A DNA stretch of 27,736 nucleotides, from the IMG/VR virus record IMGVR_UViG_3300027714_000092, positions 1 through 27,736 of that record; one strand, given 5' to 3'. Both the position numbers and the translations under genes were made by a program. This DNA is from a virus (Duplodnaviria > Caudoviricetes). The notes beneath the pieces are model-generated. The model ran no database searches. It saw nothing but the letters and a program-made list of their open reading frames with translations, and was not told where the DNA came from. The number at the start of each line of letters is the position of its first letter. Position 1 is the stretch's first letter. Positions 8,001-13,909 of the stretch are shown in pieces.

Positions 8001-8529
8001 AACACCTGTTAGGGATGCTACGGGTAGCGAGGTATTAGAGATGCTTTCTAGTTACGGGGCTGACAGCCCTATGATGAGGGGTGAATACAACCCTAGAGAA
8101 AAAGAGATAATTATGTACAAGGATGATCCCGATGCATTAAAACACGAGCAGGTTCATGCAGCACAATACGGTCCTTTACAACGGTTAGCTAAAAGAATGA
8201 ATGATGAACGGAGTGCTGCAATACAAGACCCAACAAAAAGAAAAGTATATAGAAAGCTTTCTGAAAATATATCCCCTGAAGCGTATGCAGATTTTAACAT
8301 AGCTGGGAAATTAATATTAGATAGAGGGGAGGAATTTGAAGCTGTATTAGATACAGGGGTAAATGCAGCAAAAGAAAAAGGAGTTAACTTTAACGCTTCG
8401 TTTGAGGAGATACTTTCTCAATTGAAAAATATACCTTCCCCTACTAATAATATGAGAGGGTTAATGAAGTTTATGAGTAATAAGTTTACTAAAGAGCAAA
8501 GGGATTTAATCCTTAAGTCTATAAGATGA
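5014..8529 (+). CDS. 1171-aa multi-module (polyvalent-like) putative virion/ejection protein with C-terminal zincin domain
   Basis: Four [YF]xxGG motifs (aa 7, 197, 962, 975); HEQVH at aa 1044; central HF..R..LEWQTD module. Confidence 0.8.
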   Translation: MPRVRKYHKGGNIIPHDHPHGVVKREMWIPDENGEYKIKPTDFWPIVSPEEALEFLGPEWKRNTNPLFLPKITSKDSTAVINSSIQGKKKLTQGLWAKGNRRVSSKIKPLESLLKTIEQDPIDKELQASTSIPTSRRNTELMYKLNANMRTGQEPDKYKVWDEKGKKWSMRDVEPEELEYYRNKNKIQDRQRIQQDFKDGGSVKEPEGVEDLLAMLNAHGTPKDQGALSSLVSDSTQPSGYTPPVLPEEKKIELIDKPAQITQAPDEVKKADWSTMFANPMQMLKYTGKYGMTRPTKAELDAQKSNIYDSITSMFNPSSYVEALKHMDTSLDSADQALLQGFKDGRLSPGDLSNVVGNLSDAGMQALFLSMAPMGGRTWASAIKELRRPALGARIPQEFRGSRLLGPTAETATTESSALQQLAGKKPKVKKKKYEPVNEYQDSNVAHHSSTNYPGVYQYPSFMTGSKLEKQVSPKDGTIARSVLEQLVKNKNTKASEALAVEKILGGFDDKRVPYEYFKQELALGIQPAEIIGSTGRSSYANNGLSRLGYNVNPELIKKQNEIDRLTFIINNPDQLVGRHDPSQTIDQITLNIKNQIKKLKEKLGPDLIVNPKTNLYKDKSLGLTKEGESHFPRDPHSFWIRSFASENSLRVLEWQTDVKKLKIPSKGIPGSKAAAEGLPLKFLNESLLDAARQGKKYLDVPTLETIYKIEGYQTPNQEQLEASEHNVKIIIDKYNSFIPGEGYSTVGFIDDGVNELKKNYDKLRDQISEAPKALGTEQRSSPYRYSKFFHYIQLSHPGAPLERIKTIEAQWLALQDFQTYVARNYIPTDEYASSQFFRFGVKPTVNALKRHIPDMKKSFLKNLNDAEQLTIKNAEVAKTKLKENQEIVERIQSGGIKVSDMNEGRLSTTRDYRNFPKLWSKEFGTEVINFKDEFGNTYNRVVVPEKFFQTDPFKPLEIKTYKKGGLLNKLVKKYQDGGGIFKKLRQRRADRRIAKTPVRDATGSEVLEMLSSYGADSPMMRGEYNPREKEIIMYKDDPDALKHEQVHAAQYGPLQRLAKRMNDERSAAIQDPTKRKVYRKLSENISPEAYADFNIAGKLILDRGEEFEAVLDTGVNAAKEKGVNFNASFEEILSQLKNIPSPTNNMRGLMKFMSNKFTKEQRDLILKSIR

Positions 8530-9068
8530 ATATAAATAGAAAGCTTGTTCCAGGTATGAAGGTGAGAAGGTTCCATAACGGAGGTAAGGGTCCTGGACAC
8601 CCTCATCCAGATACAACTAACTACACAAATAGCGCAGCTGAAAGAATTAACAGGCAGTTATTTAAAGAGTCAGGGGGAGAAAATAACCCAGACATAGCTG
8701 TTTCTCCAGCAGGAGCTATGGGGAGGTGGCAGATAATGCCAAACACTCAACAAGACTTACAAGATAGAGGGTTTATACCTGTAGGGCTGGACCCATTTGA
8801 TGCTAACGACAGCAAGATTATGAGAGACGGGAAAATTAATTCTTTATTAAAGACTTCTTTTATATCTAATCCACCTCAACCTATACCAGAAGTTAACAAG
8901 CTAGCCCGTATATACGCATCTTATAATTTCGGTGAAGGCAATGTTAGAAAGGCTTTAAATAAAGCTAAAGAATCTGGTGTAGATATATATGGTGACCCAA
9001 GACAATGGCTTGAATACCTCCCTGAAGAAACAAGTAACTACGTAAAATATATACTTTTTGATGAATAA
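8526..9068 (+). CDS. Lytic transglycosylase (SLT / lysozyme-like fold), probably virion-associated
   Basis: Motifs KESGG (catalytic Glu), AVSPAGAMGRWQIMP, ASYNFGEGNV, LPEETSNYV. Confidence 0.9.
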   Translation: MNINRKLVPGMKVRRFHNGGKGPGHPHPDTTNYTNSAAERINRQLFKESGGENNPDIAVSPAGAMGRWQIMPNTQQDLQDRGFIPVGLDPFDANDSKIMRDGKINSLLKTSFISNPPQPIPEVNKLARIYASYNFGEGNVRKALNKAKESGVDIYGDPRQWLEYLPEETSNYVKYILFDE

Positions 9069-9213
9069 CAAAACCAACAACCATAACGAAGAGTTCGACC
9101 AACCTTCTTTCCTCAACCAAACAAAGCTAAAAAAGCAAGAGGATAAAATAGAATCTGGAGAGACAAAATGCAATATAGACTCTCCGCATGAGTGCGAAGG
9201 TTGTGGCGCATAA
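9061..9213 (+). CDS. 50-aa protein ending CNIDSPHECEGCGA (RNR-alpha C-tail-like); absent from ORF track
   Basis: Translated by hand; overlaps the SLT stop and fills the gap before the next promoter. Confidence 0.75.
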   Translation: MNNKTNNHNEEFDQPSFLNQTKLKKQEDKIESGETKCNIDSPHECEGCGA

Positions 9214-9218
9214 TACCT

Positions 9219-9226
9219 TATATTTG
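9219..9226 (+). promoter_or_regulatory. Bacteroidota -7 element TATATTTG
   Basis: Exact TAnnTTTG in the intergenic gap upstream of 9243. Confidence 0.7.
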
Positions 9227-9242
9227 TATAAAATAAGTAGCT

Positions 9243-9485
9243 ATGAGAATTAATAAGTATGATATGGGTGGACAGATGCAAGGTCAACCAGGTCAACCAG
9301 GTCAAATGCAAGGCGGACCACAGGGCGGCGGCGAACCACCAGAAGTCACTATGCTGTTAGAAATGTTAGAACAGTTTGGAATTCCAGATGAGGTAACGGT
9401 TGGTGAGATTAAAGGGAAACTACTAAAACGAGGTGGAGAGACTCCTGGGGTGAATATCCCCCCATCTCCTCCAATGCAGCAATAG
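9243..9485 (+). CDS. 80-aa G/Q/P-rich protein with NKYDMGG motif
   Basis: ORF track; GQPGQPGQ low-complexity repeat. Confidence 0.75.
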   Translation: MRINKYDMGGQMQGQPGQPGQMQGGPQGGGEPPEVTMLLEMLEQFGIPDEVTVGEIKGKLLKRGGETPGVNIPPSPPMQQ

Positions 9486-9935
9486 ATGGCTACTTTAAAC
9501 GTAACTATAACGGAGGAAATGACCCTTAATGGTAAGGATCAGGGAAACACGAACACTCTTTCTATAGCTAGTGTAACCGCTGTGATCAATAGAATTATGA
9601 CTATTGATAATACAGAAGAGGATATACTTAACTTTCAAGCAGCTCGTGAGGCTGCTGGAGCTGTAGAAGACGGGACACTACAATACCTTCGTCTTACCCA
9701 TATAGGTGCGGCTAATACTGTTAACCTTAGGATTCAATCTACAGGTGACACTAAAGAATATATCGTACAGCTAGCTGCAGGGGAATCCTTTATGTTATTT
9801 AACGATAACGCTATGGATGTAAATACTGGTGGCGATATTGACGCTACAGCCTCTTTATCTCAGTTAGATACTATAAAGGCTTTATGTTCTAGTGGTGATG
9901 GGGCAGAGTTAGAGTTATTTGCAGTAGCAACATAA
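9486..9935 (+). CDS. Putative virion structural protein, 149 aa
   Basis: MATL start, Thr/Ala/Asp-rich beta-type composition, structural gene context. Confidence 0.65.
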   Translation: MATLNVTITEEMTLNGKDQGNTNTLSIASVTAVINRIMTIDNTEEDILNFQAAREAAGAVEDGTLQYLRLTHIGAANTVNLRIQSTGDTKEYIVQLAAGESFMLFNDNAMDVNTGGDIDATASLSQLDTIKALCSSGDGAELELFAVAT

Positions 9936-9936
9936 T

Positions 9937-10263
9937 ATGAGAGCCTTAAAGAGGTTTGAGCATGGTGGTATGCACTGGGATATTCCAGAAGAGCAAACTA
10001 GAAGAGAAAAACATGCAGAAAACGTCGAGAATAGGAACGTAAGACGTTGGCAACGGCGCTACAGAAATTATGTTAAAAGAAATCCTGAAAAGAAAGGAGA
10101 TCATGCTGCAGAGTTGTACGCTACAAAGCCTTGGTTGCAAAAAGATAAAAGACAAAACCTTATGCAAGGTCTTCGGTCTAAAATGGAAAAGATAGGATTA
10201 TGTCGCGATAAAGTTACAGGGGGTGTAGACCCAGATTGCAAAAACCCTACATGGTCTGGATAA
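9937..10263 (+). CDS. Basic 108-aa protein with KRFEHGG motif
   Basis: ORF track; tight packing with neighbours. Confidence 0.7.
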   Translation: MRALKRFEHGGMHWDIPEEQTRREKHAENVENRNVRRWQRRYRNYVKRNPEKKGDHAAELYATKPWLQKDKRQNLMQGLRSKMEKIGLCRDKVTGGVDPDCKNPTWSG

Positions 10264-10395
10264 TTGAATAAATTCTATTTCAACCCTATAAGGAAAAGAA
10301 GAGACGCGGCTAAAGAAGCTGAGAAAACTAGATTAAATAAAATAAAAAATGAAGCTAGAAGTAATAAGGTTCAACAAAGGAAAGGATTCAACTAA
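10264..10395 (+). CDS. Possible 43-aa basic protein (TTG start; NKFYFNPIRKRRDAAKEAEKTRLNKIK...)
   Basis: Translated by hand; fills the 85-bp gap and overlaps the DUF5675 start. Confidence 0.4.
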   Translation: MNKFYFNPIRKRRDAAKEAEKTRLNKIKNEARSNKVQQRKGFN

Positions 10396-10840
10396 CGGAA
10401 TATTATTTGACGTAACAAATGAAAGAAAATTTTTATGCTATACTCTCGAGGATGAGAGCCGCACCGAAAAAGTGTATGGAGAAACTTGTATCCCTGAAGG
10501 AGAGTATTGCCTCGGTTTTAGAACTGTGGGTGGATTCGATGCCAAGTACGCTCACAGGTTTGCTGATATACACATGGGAATGCTTCATGTCCTTGATGTT
10601 CCTAATTTTAAGTATATTCTTATTCATTGCGGTAACACTGACGAAGATACTGCGGGGTGTTTACTATTGGGTGATACGCAAGAAAACAACAACATCAAAG
10701 AAAACGGATTTATAGGGAAAAGCACTCACGCCTACTACAGAGTCTATCAAGAGGTTGCAGAAGCCTTACAAGAAGGAGAAGTAACTATAACTTATAGAGA
10801 CTTTTCTAAAGCCCTTGTGTTAGACCCTTTATCTCTTTAA
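10349..10840 (+). CDS. DUF5675-family protein (putative cell-wall enzyme)
   Basis: Characteristic motifs CYTLED, ETCIPEGEY, ILIHCGNTDEDTAGCLLLG. Confidence 0.85.
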   Translation: MKLEVIRFNKGKDSTNGILFDVTNERKFLCYTLEDESRTEKVYGETCIPEGEYCLGFRTVGGFDAKYAHRFADIHMGMLHVLDVPNFKYILIHCGNTDEDTAGCLLLGDTQENNNIKENGFIGKSTHAYYRVYQEVAEALQEGEVTITYRDFSKALVLDPLSL

Positions 10841-11259
10841 CCCTCAAATTCTCTATAAACTCTTTGCACTAGTAATCTAGCTTTTTGAGTTAAAGCATAT
10901 CGTACTCTGTAGTTGTATTTCGTTTCTTCTCTAAAGAGATGATCTTCAAAAGTCTGAGAAGGGGTGAGTTTATCGAAATGTTTATATAGATATCCTTTAT
11001 TTACCAACGGATATATAAACCTATTTTGAGTATTATTCCTATTCATAATTAAGCTTTCCGAAGCATATTTAATCGTAAAGAACTGAAGATCATACCCCCA
11101 CAATAAAAACTCTACATGAGAGAAATTTATGTCATATTCTTTATTAACAAAATGCTTGACTGTTTTTAATTTCTTTAAATAATTCCTGCGGATATATTTC
11201 TTATCTTGCAAAGAGAATTCTCTAAACAGTCTTTTTTTAGGTACTTTACTTTTAGGCAT
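10837..11259 (-). CDS. Winged-helix (MarR-like) DNA-binding protein; probable start MPKSK at 11259
   Basis: Helix-PLVNKGYL...RVRYALTQKAR wing pattern; only minus-strand gene in the right block. Confidence 0.7.
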   Translation of the reverse strand: MPKSKVPKKRLFREFSLQDKKYIRRNYLKKLKTVKHFVNKEYDINFSHVEFLLWGYDLQFFTIKYASESLIMNRNNTQNRFIYPLVNKGYLYKHFDKLTPSQTFEDHLFREETKYNYRVRYALTQKARLLVQRVYREFEG

Positions 11260-11274
11260 AAAATATATATAATC

Positions 11275-11592
11275 ATGCAAGATATGACTTTTTTAATGGA
11301 AATACAAAAATTAGCTATAGAAATGGACCGCGTTGTTGACAAATATGAAATGCGAGACAGATTTGTATCTATATTAGTTTCTGGGTTTATGGATGAAGAT
11401 GAGTACGGGGATATAAAAATGAATGCTATATATAGTTATCACTTAGCAAGTTTTCTTGAGCTAACAGAAATATTAGACTTTGTCAACACTACATTTGAGC
11501 AAGACTTTGAAGACGAAGAGTATAACTCTTTTGAAGACTTCCACAATGATGTGGATGATCTTTTAGATGAGATGGATATAGAAACTGAATAA
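11275..11592 (+). CDS. Acidic hypothetical protein (probable start MQDMT at 11275)
   Basis: ORF 11206..11592 trimmed to avoid overlap with the divergent gene; D/E-rich C-terminus. Confidence 0.7.
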   Translation: MQDMTFLMEIQKLAIEMDRVVDKYEMRDRFVSILVSGFMDEDEYGDIKMNAIYSYHLASFLELTEILDFVNTTFEQDFEDEEYNSFEDFHNDVDDLLDEMDIETE

Positions 11593-11593
11593 A

Positions 11594-11833
11594 ATGGAAG
11601 GAATTATTAGGAAAATTGTGGTCGGAAGAGACCCTAAAGATGGTATGGCTTATTATGTCGGAATGAGAGCAGGAGGAGGAAAGGTTAGTACTATAGTACA
11701 AGATGACCGCTATTTAGTTAAATACGGCAAGAATAGATACTTAGTATATATGCAAGATGACGAGGGGATACAAACGTTATGGAAAGCTATAGATGGTATG
11801 CCTTGTATGTTGGAGTTTGATTGTAACTTTTAA
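11594..11833 (+). CDS. Hypothetical protein, 79 aa
   Basis: ORF track; 1-3 bp gene spacing. Confidence 0.8.
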   Translation: MEGIIRKIVVGRDPKDGMAYYVGMRAGGGKVSTIVQDDRYLVKYGKNRYLVYMQDDEGIQTLWKAIDGMPCMLEFDCNF

Positions 11834-11836
11834 TCT

Positions 11837-12433
11837 ATGAAAACGTTTAATTTATTTGTAGTTAAAATAGATAATAGACTTAAAGATACTATTACTTCAG
11901 AAAGCGGGTTTGAATTATATATAGACGCTCGGTTTGACGACTTTAAAAACAGAACAACCGAGGGAGAGGTTATGTGCACCCCGTTTAAGTTCGATACAGG
12001 GGTAGAAGAAGGGGATACACTATACTTCCATCATCTAGTAGTTATAGGTGGCAATAACAACGGTCAGATACTTACTGAGGAAGACAATACTTATATAGTA
12101 AAGTACGATCCAGACTTTGCTGTAGGGAATCAAGCTATAGCATATAAGAGCAAAAAGGACTCTAAGATACAATGCTTAGCAGGATGGTGTCTTTTAAAGT
12201 CTGTAGAGCAAGAAGAATTAAGTCTTCAGTCAGATCTTATAGAGATAGTAGACTTAACAGAGAAGCTACCCACTAAAGGGGAAGTGGTGTACACATGTAA
12301 AGAGGCTGATGAAATAGGAGTCCTTCCTGGAGATGTAGTGGGGTTTAAACAAAACAGAGACTATCGTATAAACATAGACGGGGTGGAGTATTACCGCACC
12401 CGCGCAGAAGACTTAATGTATGTCGAAATCTAA
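11837..12433 (+). CDS. GroES/Cpn10-like protein with two tandem GroES-like units
   Basis: TSESGFEL mobile-loop-like segment, GEV..GD.V/L twice, and the GroES-like end IDGVEYYRTRAEDLM. Confidence 0.7.
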   Translation: MKTFNLFVVKIDNRLKDTITSESGFELYIDARFDDFKNRTTEGEVMCTPFKFDTGVEEGDTLYFHHLVVIGGNNNGQILTEEDNTYIVKYDPDFAVGNQAIAYKSKKDSKIQCLAGWCLLKSVEQEELSLQSDLIEIVDLTEKLPTKGEVVYTCKEADEIGVLPGDVVGFKQNRDYRINIDGVEYYRTRAEDLMYVEI

Positions 12434-12710
12434 ATTTACTACCGTAAGCGCTTCTAGAAGGCTGATGCTGAGCATGGAGATCGCTATAGATAATATGATC
12501 GAAGAAATTAAAAAGCCTGTAGATCCTGAGATAAACGGATCCGCTCGTAAGGCTGAGCTTCAATCTATAAAGCAAACCGCTACTGATTGCAAGGAACTTA
12601 TCATCGAGAGGCAGAGATTAGCCCAGATGGTTAAAGACCTTGAGACTAGCGGGAATATAAAAGACATAAAGGACTACTCAGGAGGGTTCGCAGAAAGATT
12701 CTCGAAATAA
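12420..12710 (+). CDS. Putative terminase small subunit / helical protein, 96 aa
   Basis: All-helical; lies upstream of TerL; ends GGFAERFSK. Inference from synteny. Confidence 0.45.
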   Translation: MSKSKFTTVSASRRLMLSMEIAIDNMIEEIKKPVDPEINGSARKAELQSIKQTATDCKELIIERQRLAQMVKDLETSGNIKDIKDYSGGFAERFSK

Positions 12711-13240
12711 TGGATAAGGAAAAACTAGAGAATCTAATTAGCTGGAACATGTCTCAGCGAGACCTAGCTGCTTATTTAAAATCTTCTCAAACAAACATAA
12801 GGCACTGGCTTAAAAAATACAACCTTTCTACTAATCGTAAAAAACATAATAAAGGGGCAGGAGCTGTTTCACCTGACCGAAAAATCTGCCCTTCTTGTAA
12901 TTCAGAGAAACCTCATTCAGAGTTCTATAAAAGACAAAGAGGCGGTCATGACCCTAGTTCCCAATGCAAACCCTGTAATAATGCAGATAAGTTAAAAAGA
13001 CAGAGGGGATTTAAACAAAAAGCTGTAGACTACAAAGGTGGTGAGTGTCAGTGTTGTGGATATAACAAATGTAACAACGCTTTAGACTTCCATCACGTTG
13101 ATCCTAAAACCAAAAAATTTGGTATAGGTAAACAGAGAAGGACTAATCTAACAGATGAAATAAAAGAAGAGTTAGATAAGTGCGTTTTAGTTTGTTCTAA
13201 TTGCCATAGAGAGATACACGCTGGAGTAATCAAATTGTAA
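12710..13240 (+). CDS. HNH (homing-type) endonuclease with N-terminal HTH and zinc fingers
   Basis: MSQRDLAAYL..NIRHWL HTH, CxxC pairs, DFHHVDP...CSNCHREIH. Confidence 0.85.
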   Translation: MDKEKLENLISWNMSQRDLAAYLKSSQTNIRHWLKKYNLSTNRKKHNKGAGAVSPDRKICPSCNSEKPHSEFYKRQRGGHDPSSQCKPCNNADKLKRQRGFKQKAVDYKGGECQCCGYNKCNNALDFHHVDPKTKKFGIGKQRRTNLTDEIKEELDKCVLVCSNCHREIHAGVIKL

Positions 13241-13257
13241 CGTAACTTGCAATAGTT

Positions 13258-13485
13258 ATGAAAGCAAAAAAAAGAGACTATAAAGACGAATACAAGAAAT
13301 TCCAATCAGGCGATAAAGCCAAAAAGTATCGTGCTGCATTAAACCAGATCAATAGATCTAAAGGTAACTACGGTAACGGAGACGGATTAGACGAAGCTCA
13401 TTATGAAGCTGGGGGTAAAACTAGACTTCAAGCTCAGTCTAAAAACAGAGCTAACAATAGACCTAAAAAAAGGAATAGCGTATAA
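13258..13485 (+). CDS. Small basic HNH-like protein, 75 aa
   Basis: RDYKDEY...GDGLDEAH...SKNRA pattern typical of small phage HNH-like proteins; TAACTTGC -7-like element at 13243. Confidence 0.6.
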   Translation: MKAKKRDYKDEYKKFQSGDKAKKYRAALNQINRSKGNYGNGDGLDEAHYEAGGKTRLQAQSKNRANNRPKKRNSV

Positions 13486-13509
13486 GCTATTAAATTTAAT
13501 ATATATACA

Positions 13510-13719
13510 ATGAAATATTTTCTTATCTTCATGGCGGCTATATTGTTAGCGTCATGTTCTGTGCAAAATAAACACAGGCGAGCTCAAGCACGTAAGTACA
13601 ACCAATGTTGGTGTATAGATCCGTGGGTAGGTGCAGGGGAGTGGTGTTGTGAAGGAGCAGCTCCAGAATATATGGCCCCATACAGACATAGGAAAGGTTT
13701 TGTTAAAGCTAAATTTTAA
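13510..13719 (+). CDS. Small Cys-rich lipoprotein, 69 aa
   Basis: Signal peptide with lipobox LLAS-C; CWC and WCC motifs. Confidence 0.75.
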   Translation: MKYFLIFMAAILLASCSVQNKHRRAQARKYNQCWCIDPWVGAGEWCCEGAAPEYMAPYRHRKGFVKAKF

Positions 13720-13723
13720 TAAG

Positions 13724-13909
13724 ATGGCAAAGTATAAATGTAGTTGTTCGGATCGAGAAGAAGAGATAAGCAAGGTGACAATATCGGTAAAAGACGGGGA
13801 GGTAGTAAGCTCCGCTCAATGTCCTTGCGGTAAAACCATGGAGCTGTCTGAACCTAAAGTAGGATTCCCTTCTCTCGGTAGAATGAACCGTAACGGTAGT
13901 AGTTATTAA
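13724..13909 (+). CDS. Zinc-ribbon protein, 61 aa (start MAKYKCSC)
   Basis: CSC...CPCG; TAATG overlap with the terminase gene. Confidence 0.7.
   Translation: MAKYKCSCSDREEEISKVTISVKDGEVVSSAQCPCGKTMELSEPKVGFPSLGRMNRNGSSY

Noticed and set aside
9280-9306. 9-bp tandem repeat (AGGTCAACC)
   Set aside because: Explained by the GQP low-complexity coding sequence.
13399-13416. HYEAGG as another [YF]xxGG tag
   Set aside because: It lacks preceding basic residues and sits inside the HNH-like core; probably chance.
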